DNA from: Spirochaetia bacterium
GTDB taxonomy: Bacteria; Spirochaetota; Spirochaetia; CAKZLE01
Length of the DNA stretch: 64,000 nt
Assembly (NCBI GenBank): GCA_963677595.1
Contig: OY782041.1
Location: forward strand, 1,216,001-1,280,000
Direction: 5' to 3'
How positions within the stretch are numbered: the stretch's first letter is position 1; every line of letters starts with the position of its first letter. A model generated the notes under the pieces. The model worked only from the letters and a program-made list of their open reading frames with translations. It was not told where the DNA came from and did no database searches. Of the stretch, positions 1 to 10,047 are shown in pieces. A program made the position numbers and the translations under genes.

Positions 1-865
1 TATTCCCCATTTCGGCTTCGTGAAGAAGGACCACGCCATCGATTATCCCTCCACGGCAAAAGAGAACCTGAAGAAGATCATCGAGAGCCTCCCGCGGTTC
101 AATGAACTCGCCAGGGGGCTGAAGGAACTGGGGGTGAAGGCCCTCATCAGTGACTTCGAGCCGGTCACCGCCCATGCTGCGAATAGGGCAGGCATCCCGG
201 TGATCAACCTCAACCATCCGGGAGTCGTGCTCAAGTACCTCGACCTCTCGGTCGATGCGCTCCTGGCCAAGGCTGTGGCATCACTCATGATGCCCCCGGC
301 GGGGGAGCACCTCCTCTGCTCCTTCTATGACGGCGATATCGGGCCGATCCTCCGCCGTGAGCTCAGGGAGGCTGAACCGGTCCGGGGAGACCATATCCTG
401 GTCTACACGAAATCCGATTCGAGGGAGGCGGTGCACACAGCCCTGGGGAACTACCCTGCCCTCGAGTTCCGCTGCTTCCCGGATCCCGGTGCCTCCTACG
501 ATGAAGCCCTCATAACCTGCAGGGCCGTGATCGCACCAGCCGGCCACCAGGCGTTGTCGGAAGCACTCTGCCTGGGGAAAGCAGTACTGGCATTCCCCCA
601 GATCGGGCAGTTCGAACAGCGGCTGAATGCCGTCATGCTCGAGCGAAGCGGATGGGGCCTCGCAGGCGATATCATGGACATCAAGGGGTCGATAGACCGG
701 TTCCTCAGCTGCCTCGATGAGTTCCCCCGGCCGTCAGACCGGAAGGTGACCTTCACCCTGCATGATGATACCCAGGAGGCTGCACGGAAGCTGCTCGCGT
801 TCATAGACGGACATGCCGGCATGCGCAAACCCTACATCCCAAAGCTCAGGTTACTGCCCGCATAG
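1..865 (+). CDS. Glycosyltransferase, MJ1255/VC2487-like GT-B family (5'-truncated by window edge)
   Basis: Frame is open from base 2; motifs ISDFEP, GPILR, APAGHQALSEAL and P..GQFEQ.LNA are typical of this family. Confidence 0.75.
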   Translation, partial: IPHFGFVKKDHAIDYPSTAKENLKKIIESLPRFNELARGLKELGVKALISDFEPVTAHAANRAGIPVINLNHPGVVLKYLDLSVDALLAKAVASLMMPPAGEHLLCSFYDGDIGPILRRELREAEPVRGDHILVYTKSDSREAVHTALGNYPALEFRCFPDPGASYDEALITCRAVIAPAGHQALSEALCLGKAVLAFPQIGQFEQRLNAVMLERSGWGLAGDIMDIKGSIDRFLSCLDEFPRPSDRKVTFTLHDDTQEAARKLLAFIDGHAGMRKPYIPKLRLLPA

Positions 866-937
866 TGTAAAACTTCAAAGAATACCTTGGAATATTCCTC
901 CCCGATATAGTACACTGAAAGACAGCAGGAGTATTCA

Positions 938-1396
938 ATGAATAAAACATTATGCCTTGTATCTGGAATCTCCCCCGACAAGATAGAGAAAGGGTTGGCC
1001 AGTGCAGAGAAACACATTCAGTCTGATACTGCGGAACTGTCGGTCTTTGTTGAGTTCATCACCGAATCGATGCTTGATGTATCAGTCAGGAATGTCACTG
1101 AGAATTTCTGGAGGAATCCCAAGACCCTGGAAGAATCCCTCATCCTCACACCACCGGACCTCCTTCACCGCAGGGGACGGTTCGTGATCATCCAGTCCTT
1201 CATCCGGGACCATGTGTTCGCGATCATGCGGGGGATCAAGAGCGCCTCCTCCAGGCCTGGTGACATCATATTCGCCATGCTCACGGACACCGCGGCGAAC
1301 TGGACGGTCCAGGAATACCTCGACCACCTGAAGGAGGAGCATGAGTACATGAAGACCCACTCCCCCGAGAATGACCCCGATATGAGGAGGATGTGA
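938..1396 (+). CDS. DUF3783-like protein
   Basis: SD AGGAG; C-terminal IFAMLTDTAANWTVQEYLDHLKEEHEYM resembles DUF3783. Confidence 0.6.
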   Translation: MNKTLCLVSGISPDKIEKGLASAEKHIQSDTAELSVFVEFITESMLDVSVRNVTENFWRNPKTLEESLILTPPDLLHRRGRFVIIQSFIRDHVFAIMRGIKSASSRPGDIIFAMLTDTAANWTVQEYLDHLKEEHEYMKTHSPENDPDMRRM

Positions 1397-1474
1397 TCCA
1401 CATTTCCCTTTTTTCTCACTCTTCCCCTAAACAGACTGACCTGCAGCCTGTATAGTAGAGGTAGGAGAGCATGC

Positions 1475-1876
1475 ATGTATAAATCAATCCAACGACTGAG
1501 GCTGTCAAAGAGCGACCGGATCCTCGTGCTTCATGCACCGAGATCCTTCGAGGAGTTCGAACAGTACTTCAGCACTGTGATCGACCGTGAGATCAGGGGC
1601 AGGGCCTATCCCTGCGCATTCTACTTCGCACGGGACCTCTCAGTCATCTCGGAGGAGGTCACGCAGGTCCTGCGTGCTACCGCGTTCGATGCACTCTTCT
1701 GGTTCTGCTTCCCGAAGAAGGGAGACAAGAACCATCCCCGGCTCACCAGGGAATCGATCGGCGAATTCTTCTCACAGCACGGCCTTGAGCCTGTAGCCCA
1801 GCGAACCATAGATGAGGAATGGACGGCTCTGAGGATCCGCCCATCGGAACTCGTATCACACAGGAGGAAGAAATGA
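1475..1876 (+). CDS. Conserved hypothetical protein (DUF3052-like)
   Basis: SD AGGAG; motifs LVLHAP, WFCFPKK, IDEEWTALRIR. Confidence 0.55.
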   Translation: MYKSIQRLRLSKSDRILVLHAPRSFEEFEQYFSTVIDREIRGRAYPCAFYFARDLSVISEEVTQVLRATAFDALFWFCFPKKGDKNHPRLTRESIGEFFSQHGLEPVAQRTIDEEWTALRIRPSELVSHRRKK

Positions 1877-2223
1877 GTAAGAAAGTAGCTATCTTTGCAT
1901 TCAACGGAGAGATGATGTGTTTTGCCCATGCGCTGCTCAATGCACTGGACCTCTACCAGAAAGGGTATGATACTATGCTCATCATCGAGGGGGCAGCGAC
2001 GAAGCTCCTGGCAGATTTCGAGAAGGGCGACTCCCCATTCACGGGGAAGTTCCACGAATGCATTGAGCACGGCCTGATCGCAGGCGTCTGTGCTGCATGT
2101 TCTTCCACCATGGGGACAATGGAGGCTGCCAAGCGGCTGAAGCTTACCCTCCTCGGGGACATGCTCGGCCACCCGAGTATCGAGGAGTACATCGACTCAG
2201 GCTATGAGATCATAACAATCTAG
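1873..2223 (+). CDS. DsrE-family protein
   Basis: ATGA overlap with upstream stop; MCFAHALLNALDL, IIEGAA, VCAACS, MLGHPS. Confidence 0.7.
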   Translation: MSKKVAIFAFNGEMMCFAHALLNALDLYQKGYDTMLIIEGAATKLLADFEKGDSPFTGKFHECIEHGLIAGVCAACSSTMGTMEAAKRLKLTLLGDMLGHPSIEEYIDSGYEIITI

Positions 2224-2239
2224 AAAAAAATATCCATAC

Positions 2240-2253
2240 GTAACCTGTGTTAC
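2240..2253. promoter_or_regulatory. Candidate HcpR (CRP/FNR-family) operator GTAAC-N4-GTTAC upstream of hcp
   Basis: Perfect 5-bp arms, GTAACctgtGTTAC; centred about 41 bp upstream of a start predicted from -10 TACTCT (2276-2281). Confidence 0.65.
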
Positions 2254-2337
2254 CGATTTATCGTTCCCGGTAGGATACTCTACCTCCATAAACGAACACG
2301 TTCCATTACGATGTAATGGCTATAGAGGAGAGATACT

Positions 2338-3969
2338 ATGTTTTGTTACCAATGTCAGGAAGCGGCTAAAGGGACCGGATGCACCATCAAGGGCGTATGC
2401 GGGAAGACGGATGCGACTTCGAACATGCAGGACCTGCTGATGTTCGTCCTCAAGGGTATCGCTTGGTATAAAGAATCTTCAGATAAGGAGATCAGCGTCC
2501 CCGGTCTTGACCGGTTCTACACACAGGCGATCTTTGCGACCATCACCAACGCGAACTTCGACCAGGCATATTTCGAGAAGCAGATCGCACTCAGTCTCGA
2601 GTTCAGGAATGCCGTTGCGACTGCAGCAGGTGATACCGTACCGGAGGAAAGACCGGATGCAGCCGTATGGGCACCAGCCTCTGCTTCAGAGTATGAGATC
2701 AAGGCAGCCACTGTCGGGGTCCTGGCAACCGAGAACGAGGATGTCCGTTCCTTACGGGAACTGCTCACCTACGGCATCAAGGGTATGGCAGCCTACAGCG
2801 AGCATGCTGACAACCTCGGCTACGAGGATGCGGAAGTCATCGCGTTCATGTACAAGGGGCTTGCGGCAACCCTCGATGACAGCCTCAGTGCCGATGACCT
2901 CGTTGCCCTCGTGCTCGAATGCGGGAAGAACGGTGTATCTGTCATGGCCCTGCTCGACAAGGCCAATACTGAGAGCTACGGCAACCCCGTGATCTCTGAG
3001 GTCTCGATCGAGGCTTCCGACCGACCAGGGATCCTGATCTCAGGCCATGACCTGAAGGACCTCGAGGAGCTGCTCGAGCAGACCCAGGGTACCGGGATCG
3101 ATGTCTACACCCACGGTGAGATGCTCCCTGCCCACTACTACCCGAAATTCAAGAAATACGAGAACCTGAAGGCTAACTACGGGAACGCCTGGTGGAAGCA
3201 GACCACAGAGTTCGAGTCCTTTGGCGGACCGATCCTCTTCACCACCAACTGTATCGTACCCCCGAAGGATTCCTACAAGGAGCGAGTCTACACCACGGGA
3301 GCTTCCGGCTTCCCAGGCTGCGTCCACATCCCGGAGCGGGTCAACGGGCAGCCCAAGGACTTCTCACAGATCATCGAGCATGCGAAGCAGTGTGCAGCAC
3401 CTGAGAATATCGAGAACGGGTCGATCGTCGGCGGTTTCGCCCATGATCAGGTCTTCCAGCTCGCCGACGCGGTCGTCGATGCAGTCAAGACCGGCGCGAT
3501 CAAGCAGTTCTTCGTCATGGCAGGCTGTGACGGACGCATGAAGAGCAGGTCCTACTACGAGGAGTTCGCAGAGGAACTCCCGAAGGATACGGTGATCCTC
3601 ACCGCGGGCTGCGCGAAATACCGGTACAACAAGCTTCCCCTCGGCGACATCGGCGGGATCCCGAGAGTACTCGATGCCGGTCAGTGCAACGACTCCTACT
3701 CGCTCGCCCTCATCGCCCTGAAGCTCAAGGAGGTCTTCGAGCTCAACGACGTGAACGAGCTGCCGATCTCCTATAATATCGCATGGTATGAGCAGAAGGC
3801 CGTCATCGTACTGCTTGCCCTCCTCTACCTCGGGGTCAAGAACATCCACCTCGGGCCGACCCTGCCGGCATTCCTCTCACCGAACGTTGCCAACGTCCTG
3901 GTCGAGAACTTCGGCATCGCCGGGATCGGGACTGTCGAGGACGACATCAAACTCTTCCTTGGGGCATGA
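2338..3969 (+). CDS. hcp: Hybrid cluster protein (hydroxylamine reductase)
   Basis: [16 protein letters not shown] cubane motif; [36 protein letters not shown]. Confidence 0.98.
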   Translation: MFCYQCQEAAKGTGCTIKGVCGKTDATSNMQDLLMFVLKGIAWYKESSDKEISVPGLDRFYTQAIFATITNANFDQAYFEKQIALSLEFRNAVATAAGDTVPEERPDAAVWAPASASEYEIKAATVGVLATENEDVRSLRELLTYGIKGMAAYSEHADNLGYEDAEVIAFMYKGLAATLDDSLSADDLVALVLECGKNGVSVMALLDKANTESYGNPVISEVSIEASDRPGILISGHDLKDLEELLEQTQGTGIDVYTHGEMLPAHYYPKFKKYENLKANYGNAWWKQTTEFESFGGPILFTTNCIVPPKDSYKERVYTTGASGFPGCVHIPERVNGQPKDFSQIIEHAKQCAAPENIENGSIVGGFAHDQVFQLADAVVDAVKTGAIKQFFVMAGCDGRMKSRSYYEEFAEELPKDTVILTAGCAKYRYNKLPLGDIGGIPRVLDAGQCNDSYSLALIALKLKEVFELNDVNELPISYNIAWYEQKAVIVLLALLYLGVKNIHLGPTLPAFLSPNVANVLVENFGIAGIGTVEDDIKLFLGA

Positions 3970-4073
3970 TCCAATACCCGCATATAGGATATGCTGGTAT
4001 TGTCTTTGGAGGTTTTTGATACAATACTGCCAGTATTCAATCATGGGAGAAGGGTATCAAAAACTTCATATTT

Positions 4074-4277
4074 CTAATAATGGGGGGGCCTCTCATGAGG
4101 CATGGAGTCCTCCCCCGCTAACTCTATGAGGTCCTCGAGCTTCTGGGTCAGTTTCCTGATCTGGAGCTCGAGTTCCTCTATCTTCTTTCCCTGGTCGATC
4201 ACGACCTCATTCAGTGTCCTTACCGTATCTTCCTGATACGACATGGCCATCTCCAGGGTATCTATTCGCTCTTCCAT
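4074..4277 (-). CDS. slyX: SlyX family protein
   Basis: 67 aa; MEERIDTLEM..SYQE..LNEVV..Q and C-terminal ERPPHY; SD GAGGTG. Confidence 0.9.
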   Translation of the reverse strand: MEERIDTLEMAMSYQEDTVRTLNEVVIDQGKKIEELELQIRKLTQKLEDLIELAGEDSMPHERPPHY

Positions 4278-4327
4278 CGATATCACCTCACTTCTACCGT
4301 ATCCTACCATACTGTCCCGGTTTATGC

Positions 4328-4398
4328 TTGACCTTTTCAGGGGAATCCCATATGTTTGGTATTCAATATTTTGATTTTGAACTATTTGATTCCAAACA
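4328..4398 (+). promoter_or_regulatory. Sigma70 promoter with overlapping tandem MarR-type operator repeats
   Basis: TTGACC-17-TATGTT (4328-4356); quasi-palindromes TGTTTGgtatTCAATA (4353-4368) and TATTTGattcCAAACA (4383-4398). Confidence 0.5.
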
Positions 4399-4409
4399 GG
4401 ACCACACGT

Positions 4410-4862
4410 ATGATACAGACAGCCTTCCAGCAGTTCTCCGAACTCTTTCCCCGGACCCTCCACTCGATCCTGCGGGATTTCGATTCACCCACGGGGGAGA
4501 CCCTCGGGCTCAACAGGACCCAGATCCATACCCTGATGAAGATCCAGAAATACGGGACGATCAGCATGGGCAGTCTCTGCCACCACATCGGGATCACCAA
4601 AGGGGCGATGACCGCGATCATCGACACCCTGCTCGACAGCGGGTATGTGGCCCGAGACCGGGCAGCGGATGACCGACGCAAGGTCCTCGTCAAGCTGACG
4701 GATATCGGCGAGTCCATCGCCGCTGCCTGCAGGCGTGAGATCGAGGATTCGTTCGAGGCGAGGCTCGACAGCCTCTCGGCTGAGGAGCAGGAAGCCTTCC
4801 GCCAGTCGATCGAGACCCTCGGCACGATCATCTCGAAGATGGAGAACACACGACATGAATAA
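4410..4862 (+). CDS. MarR family regulator
   Basis: Winged HTH: ITKGAMTAIIDTLLDSGYVAR..DDRRKVLVKLT. Confidence 0.9.
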   Translation: MIQTAFQQFSELFPRTLHSILRDFDSPTGETLGLNRTQIHTLMKIQKYGTISMGSLCHHIGITKGAMTAIIDTLLDSGYVARDRAADDRRKVLVKLTDIGESIAAACRREIEDSFEARLDSLSAEEQEAFRQSIETLGTIISKMENTRHE

Positions 4863-6255
4863 GAACAGACCTTCGACCGGACTCGGCAGGGACTTCATGG
4901 GCAGCCAGCCCATCGGGAGCCTGCTCGCACGGCTCTCGATACCTGCCATGGTAGGCATGATCATGAATGCGCTCTACAACCTGGTAGACACGATCTTCGT
5001 CGGACAGGGGGTCGGTCCCCTCGCCATCGCGGCACTGAGCATCGTCTTCCCCATCCAGATGATCACCGGGGGGTTCGCCATGACCTTCGGGGTCGGGGCC
5101 GCCTCGATCGTCTCGAGGAAGCTCGGAGAACGGGAGGAGGATGAGGCTGCCGGTGCGGCAGGGACGGCCCTGACGGCGACGATCATCACCTCGCTGCTCC
5201 TCATGGTCATCGGGTTCATCTTCATGCCTGCGATCCTGCTCGCCTTCGGGTCCACCCATGATATCCTGCAGTACGCCGAGGAGTACATGGGGGTCATCCT
5301 AACAGGATTCGTATTCATCTCCATCTCCATGTGCACGAACAACCTCGTACGGGCGGAGGGGCAGGCCAAGTTCGCCATGATGATCATGGTCACGGGGACC
5401 GGGCTCAACATCGTCCTTGACCCCGTCTTCATCTTCGTCTTCGGGATGGGGATCAGGGGGGCTGCAATCGCGACGGTGATCAGCCAGCTTGCCAGCGCGA
5501 CCCTCGCGCTCTCCTTCTTCTTCAGGAAGAAGAGTTCCCTCCCGCTCAGGCGCAGCTCATTCCTTATCTCGCTGCCGGTACTGAAGGAGATCGTCGCACT
5601 TGGTATCCCCACCTTCGTACGCCAGGCCGGGGGCAGCCTGCTCACCATGTCCGTCAACAATATGCTCAGGATCTACGGTGACGGGATGACGATCGCTGCC
5701 TTCGGCATGATCAACCGCCTGCTGATGTTCTTCCTCATGCCAGTCTTTGGCATCGTCCAGGGCTTCCAGCCCATTGCAGGCTACAACTACGGGGCCAAGC
5801 AGTTCGCCCGTGTGAAGCAGGTCCTCTACCTCTCGATCGCAGTCGCCACGGCGATGGGCACCATCGCGGCGATCGTGCTCGAGACGATCCCATCGGTGCT
5901 GATCTCCATGTTCACCAGCGACCGGGAGCTCATAGCCCTGACGGCTCCCGCCCTGCGGATCGTCATGGCAGCAGTCCCGTTCATCGGTATCCAGGCGATC
6001 GGGTCGACCTTCTTCCAGAGCATCGGGAAATCGGCACCGGCCCTCTTCCTGGGCTTGAGCCGGCAGTTCATCTTCCTCATCCCGCTGGTGCTGCTGCTCC
6101 CGCGGCTCTTCGGCCTGACTGGTGTGTGGGCATCCTTCCCGATCGCAGACACCCTCTCGACGATCGTGACGACCATCTGGCTCATCTACGAGGTGCGGAA
6201 CCTGGGCAGGATCCACTTCGAGTCCCTCAACCCGGTGGAGAAGTACCCGGTATGA
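4855..6255 (+). CDS. MATE family efflux transporter (MepA-like)
   Basis: PAMVGMIMNALYNLVDTIFVG, LNIVLDPVFIF, GIRGAAIATVISQ, GYNYGA; multiple TM segments. Confidence 0.93.
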   Translation: MNKNRPSTGLGRDFMGSQPIGSLLARLSIPAMVGMIMNALYNLVDTIFVGQGVGPLAIAALSIVFPIQMITGGFAMTFGVGAASIVSRKLGEREEDEAAGAAGTALTATIITSLLLMVIGFIFMPAILLAFGSTHDILQYAEEYMGVILTGFVFISISMCTNNLVRAEGQAKFAMMIMVTGTGLNIVLDPVFIFVFGMGIRGAAIATVISQLASATLALSFFFRKKSSLPLRRSSFLISLPVLKEIVALGIPTFVRQAGGSLLTMSVNNMLRIYGDGMTIAAFGMINRLLMFFLMPVFGIVQGFQPIAGYNYGAKQFARVKQVLYLSIAVATAMGTIAAIVLETIPSVLISMFTSDRELIALTAPALRIVMAAVPFIGIQAIGSTFFQSIGKSAPALFLGLSRQFIFLIPLVLLLPRLFGLTGVWASFPIADTLSTIVTTIWLIYEVRNLGRIHFESLNPVEKYPV

Positions 6256-6262
6256 GCGAAAT

Positions 6263-6288
6263 GAAGGCCGTCCTCTCGGACGGCCTTC
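6263..6288. terminator. Hairpin terminator between convergent genes
   Basis: GAAGGCCGTCC-tctc-GGACGGCCTTC, 11-bp perfect stem. Confidence 0.7.
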
Positions 6289-6353
6289 CTGGTTGGTAGT
6301 TAAAAAGTTCTTCTGAAGATCACACAGTACCTACGGGCCCTGTGTCACCATTC

Positions 6354-7565
6354 CTAATCGATCTCCCTCGGATCACACTCCTCAGAATAATCGATATCTG
6401 TACATCCAAATCCGTGTATCTGTTCGTACTCCTTACGGAACCCCTCGAGATCTGCTACCTGCTGAAGATTCTCCGGGGTGATTGTCCCCCAGGCTGCAGA
6501 GACCTGCTCCTGCACATCTTCCCGCATCTCCCAGTCGTCGAGACGTATTCTCTTCGCGTCATCTACCGGTACCCCTTCGGGCAGGTAGAGCCGTTCAGTC
6601 AGTAATCGATACATCTGTTCGATGCATCCCTCATGCAGGTCCATATCCTTCATGATCCTATAGAGGATCGTGATGTACAACGGTACTACGGGGATGACTG
6701 AGCTTGCCCTCGTCACCAGCGCCTTGTTCACTGATACGTAGGCAGCCCCGCCCAGGTCCGACAGGATCCCGGTAAGGTCGGCGGCTGTCGCCTCCAGATC
6801 CTCTTTCGCCCGGCCGATGGTCCCCTCACGGTAGATGGGGAAGGTAATCTCCGGCCCGATATAGGAGTAGGCGACGGTCTTGCAGCCGTCTGCGAGGAGG
6901 TCCCGCTTCTTCAGGGCCTCGATCCAGAGCCGCCAGTCCTCACCGCCCATGACCTTGATGGTATCGGCGATCTGTGCATCATCCGCAGGTTCCACCTCCG
7001 CTGTCGAGATCACCTCCTTGAAGGGGTCGATACTCAGGGCGGAATAGGTCTGCCCGATCGGCTTGATCACGGACCGGTAGGTCTCCCCCGTGTCAGGGTC
7101 GACACGCAGGGGGGAAGCCAGGCTGTAGACCACCAGGTCGACCTTCCCATAGGACTGTTCGAGGAGGTCCATGGTCTGGTCCTTGACCTCATGGGAGAAG
7201 GCATCACCCATGACGGAATCGGCCTTCAAGCCCCTTGCATGGGCTTCACGCTCGAAGGCGATGGTGTTGTACCAACCCGGGGTCGCTGTCTTCTTCTCTG
7301 AGGGTTCCCGCTCGAAGGAGACGTTCACCGTGGAGGCATCAGAGAGGACACTCGCGGCGATCCGTGTCGCAAGCCCGTAGCCTGTCGAACCGCCGATCAC
7401 CAGCACGTTCTTCGGATAATCCAGCGTACGGTCTGAGCTGTACTTCCCGAATGCACCGGAAGCCGCCTTCTGCGCCCACTCGAACTGTTCGGCCGTGCAC
7501 TGCGCGCAGCCCTTGGGGTGGGCAGTCAGGCTGACCCCCCGTAATATCTTCTGTTTAATGATCAT
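6354..7565 (-). CDS. fabV: Enoyl-ACP / trans-2-enoyl-CoA reductase FabV
   Basis: AHPKGC, VLVIGGSTGYGLA, GDAFS, VYSLASP, KVMGGEDW, YSYIGPE..Y..GTIG.AK, HEGCIEQ. Confidence 0.95.
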   Translation of the reverse strand: MIIKQKILRGVSLTAHPKGCAQCTAEQFEWAQKAASGAFGKYSSDRTLDYPKNVLVIGGSTGYGLATRIAASVLSDASTVNVSFEREPSEKKTATPGWYNTIAFEREAHARGLKADSVMGDAFSHEVKDQTMDLLEQSYGKVDLVVYSLASPLRVDPDTGETYRSVIKPIGQTYSALSIDPFKEVISTAEVEPADDAQIADTIKVMGGEDWRLWIEALKKRDLLADGCKTVAYSYIGPEITFPIYREGTIGRAKEDLEATAADLTGILSDLGGAAYVSVNKALVTRASSVIPVVPLYITILYRIMKDMDLHEGCIEQMYRLLTERLYLPEGVPVDDAKRIRLDDWEMREDVQEQVSAAWGTITPENLQQVADLEGFRKEYEQIHGFGCTDIDYSEECDPREID

Positions 7566-7578
7566 GCTCACTCTCTCC

Positions 7579-7989
7579 CTAGTTTACCAGACACATCCAG
7601 GAGGCCTCTGCTGCCACCTCATCGCCAATCTTCACGACCCCGCTCTGCCTGATCATCCGTGCCGATGCACGGTTGTTGGTGATCTCGATCCGTGCCGTCT
7701 CACCGGGACGCACCTGACGGCGGAACTTCGCCTTCTCGATCGTTGCCAGGAAGAACAGTCCGTCCTTCAGGACCCCGGCCTCTTTCAGGCCGGCACCCCC
7801 GCACTGCGCCATCATCTCGACGAGCAGCACGCCCGGGACGACCGGGTACTCGGGGAAGTGTCCCTGAAAGAAGATATCGGTCTCCTTGAACTCATGGTAC
7901 CCGATGATCTGTTCTGCGTTCGCCTCGATGAGGTCATCGACGAACACGAAGGGGTCCCTGTGCGGTAATAATTTCTCGATGTCTGCCAT
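7579..7989 (-). CDS. fabZ: 3-hydroxyacyl-ACP dehydratase
   Basis: LLPHRDPF..VD, FFQGHFP..PVVPGVLLVEMMAQ, KFRRQVRPG. Confidence 0.95.
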   Translation of the reverse strand: MADIEKLLPHRDPFVFVDDLIEANAEQIIGYHEFKETDIFFQGHFPEYPVVPGVLLVEMMAQCGGAGLKEAGVLKDGLFFLATIEKAKFRRQVRPGETARIEITNNRASARMIRQSGVVKIGDEVAAEASWMCLVN

Positions 7990-8003
7990 ATGTCCAGTTC
8001 CCC

Positions 8004-9260
8004 CTACCCGTTGTACCGGCCGACGACGATCGCACCGTTGTGGCCGCCGAAGCCGAGCGACTCGGAGAGCGCATAGTCGATCTTCCCCTCGACGCCCTTG
8101 TTCGGGACGTAGTCGAGGTCACATTCAGGATCCGGCGTCTCCAGGTTGATCGTGGGCGGGAAGAACCCGTCCCTGATCGCCAGCAGGGAGATGATCGCCT
8201 CGACCCCGCCTGCAGCCCCTACCATATGGGAGGTCATCGACTTGGTCGATGATACCTTGAGCTTGTAGGCATGTTCGCCGAACGCCCGCTTGATCGCCTT
8301 GGTCTCCATCGGGTCATTGACCGGTGTGGAGGTCCCGTGTGCGTTGATGTAGTCGATATCCTCAGGCTTGAGCCCGGCTTCCGTCACCGCTGCCAGCATA
8401 GCCCGTGCGGCACCGTCACCATCAGGGTCCGGCGCGGTCAGGTGGTAAGCATCACAGGTCATGCCGTACCCGAGCACCTCACCGTAGATCTTCGCCCCCC
8501 GTGCCTTGGCATGCTCGAGTTCCTCGAGCACCAGGATCCCGGCTCCCTCGCCGATGATGAACCCGTCCCGGTTCTTGTCGAAGGGACGGCAAGCCTTCTC
8601 AGGAGTATCGTTATAGCCTGTGGAGAGTGCCTGTATCTTGCAGAAACCGGCGACGCCGACCCGGGTGATCGCCCCTTCAGCCCCTCCGGTGACCGCGGTA
8701 TCTACGGTCCCGTACCTGATGGCCTGGAATGCGGCACCTATCGCATCGGTACCTGACGAGCAGGCAGTCACGATCGTGCTGCAGGGCCCCTTCAGACCGA
8801 ACCTGATCGCGATGTTCCCGGCACCCTCATTGGCTATGAGCTTGGGGATCGTCATCGGGGGCATGCCCCTCGGCCCCTTCTCCAGGAGCTTCTCGACGCC
8901 CTGCTCGGCGATCTCGAACCCGCCGATGCCGTTACCGAGGAAGACCCCGGTCCGGTAGGGGTCGTACTTCCTGTCCTCCAGGTCGTCGAGCCCCGCGTCT
9001 TCCATCGCCTTGATGGCGCCGTACATAGCGTAGACGGTGAAATCGGCCATCCCGCGCATCTCTTTTCGGTCCATGACGGTCGAGGGATCGAAATCCTTCA
9101 CCTCGCCGGCGACCTTGGACGTGTAGTCAGTGGTATCGAACTTCGTCATCGGTCCGATCCCTGACTTCCCTGCCCTGATGTTATTCCACAGTTCCTCGAC
9201 AGTATGCCCCAACGGTGTTACGACACCCATCCCGGAAACCACTACTCGTCTCTTTTCCAT
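8004..9260 (-). CDS. fabF: Beta-ketoacyl-ACP synthase II
   Basis: RRVVVSGMG, TACSSG (catalytic Cys), NAHGTST, STKSMTSH, SLGFGGHN. Confidence 0.96.
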   Translation of the reverse strand: MEKRRVVVSGMGVVTPLGHTVEELWNNIRAGKSGIGPMTKFDTTDYTSKVAGEVKDFDPSTVMDRKEMRGMADFTVYAMYGAIKAMEDAGLDDLEDRKYDPYRTGVFLGNGIGGFEIAEQGVEKLLEKGPRGMPPMTIPKLIANEGAGNIAIRFGLKGPCSTIVTACSSGTDAIGAAFQAIRYGTVDTAVTGGAEGAITRVGVAGFCKIQALSTGYNDTPEKACRPFDKNRDGFIIGEGAGILVLEELEHAKARGAKIYGEVLGYGMTCDAYHLTAPDPDGDGAARAMLAAVTEAGLKPEDIDYINAHGTSTPVNDPMETKAIKRAFGEHAYKLKVSSTKSMTSHMVGAAGGVEAIISLLAIRDGFFPPTINLETPDPECDLDYVPNKGVEGKIDYALSESLGFGGHNGAIVVGRYNG

Positions 9261-9321
9261 ACTAACCAATCTCCAACTAAAATAAGGTATCTATCTCTGA
9301 AGCCCGGCACGAGTGCCGGTG

Positions 9322-10044
9322 CTACATCGTCATCCCGCCATCGACCGCCAGGACCTGGCCGGTGATGTAGGAAGCTCTGTCTGATGCGAGGAAGATCACG
9401 GCGTCCGCGACGTCACTGGTCTCCCCTAAGCGTGCCAGGGGGATCTGCCCCGAGAGGCTCTCTTTGACCTCATCCGACAGGACATCGGTCATATCGGTCT
9501 TGATGAAGCCCGGTGCAATGACATTGACCCGCACGGACCGGGAGGAGAACTCCCGTGCCAGGCTCTTGGAGAACCCGATGAGCCCGGCCTTCGATGCCGC
9601 ATAGTTCGCCTGGCCGGCATTACCCATGAGGCCGACCACCGATGATATATTGATGATCACCCCGCTCCTGGCCTTAGCCATCGAACGGACGACGTTCCTG
9701 CAGGCGATGAAGGCGCCGGTCAGGTTGACCTTGAGGACCTCCTCGAAGGCTTCCGTCTTCATCCTCATCATCATGCCGTCCCGGGTTATCCCGGCATTGT
9801 TCACCAGGACATCGACCTTCCCGGCCTCTGCAAGGACCTGCTTGAAGGCAGCTTCTATCGACTGCTCATCGGACATGTCCGTCTGGATCCAGGAAGCCTG
9901 CAGCCCGGCATGGTCCGCTGCCTGCGACCTGCTGAGGTAATAGACCGAAGCCCCCTGTTCGACCGCCTTCTTCACGATCTCATGGCCGATCCCCTTGGAC
10001 CCGCCGGTAACCACTACTACTCGTTCTTTCAGTTCCTGACCCAT
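9322..10044 (-). CDS. fabG: 3-oxoacyl-ACP reductase
   Basis: TGGSKGIG, NNAGITRD, GQANYAASKAG, VIAPGFI, VDGGM. Confidence 0.96.
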   Translation of the reverse strand: MGQELKERVVVVTGGSKGIGHEIVKKAVEQGASVYYLSRSQAADHAGLQASWIQTDMSDEQSIEAAFKQVLAEAGKVDVLVNNAGITRDGMMMRMKTEAFEEVLKVNLTGAFIACRNVVRSMAKARSGVIINISSVVGLMGNAGQANYAASKAGLIGFSKSLAREFSSRSVRVNVIAPGFIKTDMTDVLSDEVKESLSGQIPLARLGETSDVADAVIFLASDRASYITGQVLAVDGGMTM

Positions 10045-10047
10045 CAC

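Noticed and set aside
4383-4398. Leptospira-type LexA box
   Set aside because: Spacing is TTTG-N4-CAAA rather than N5, and it is better explained as the adjacent MarR operator.
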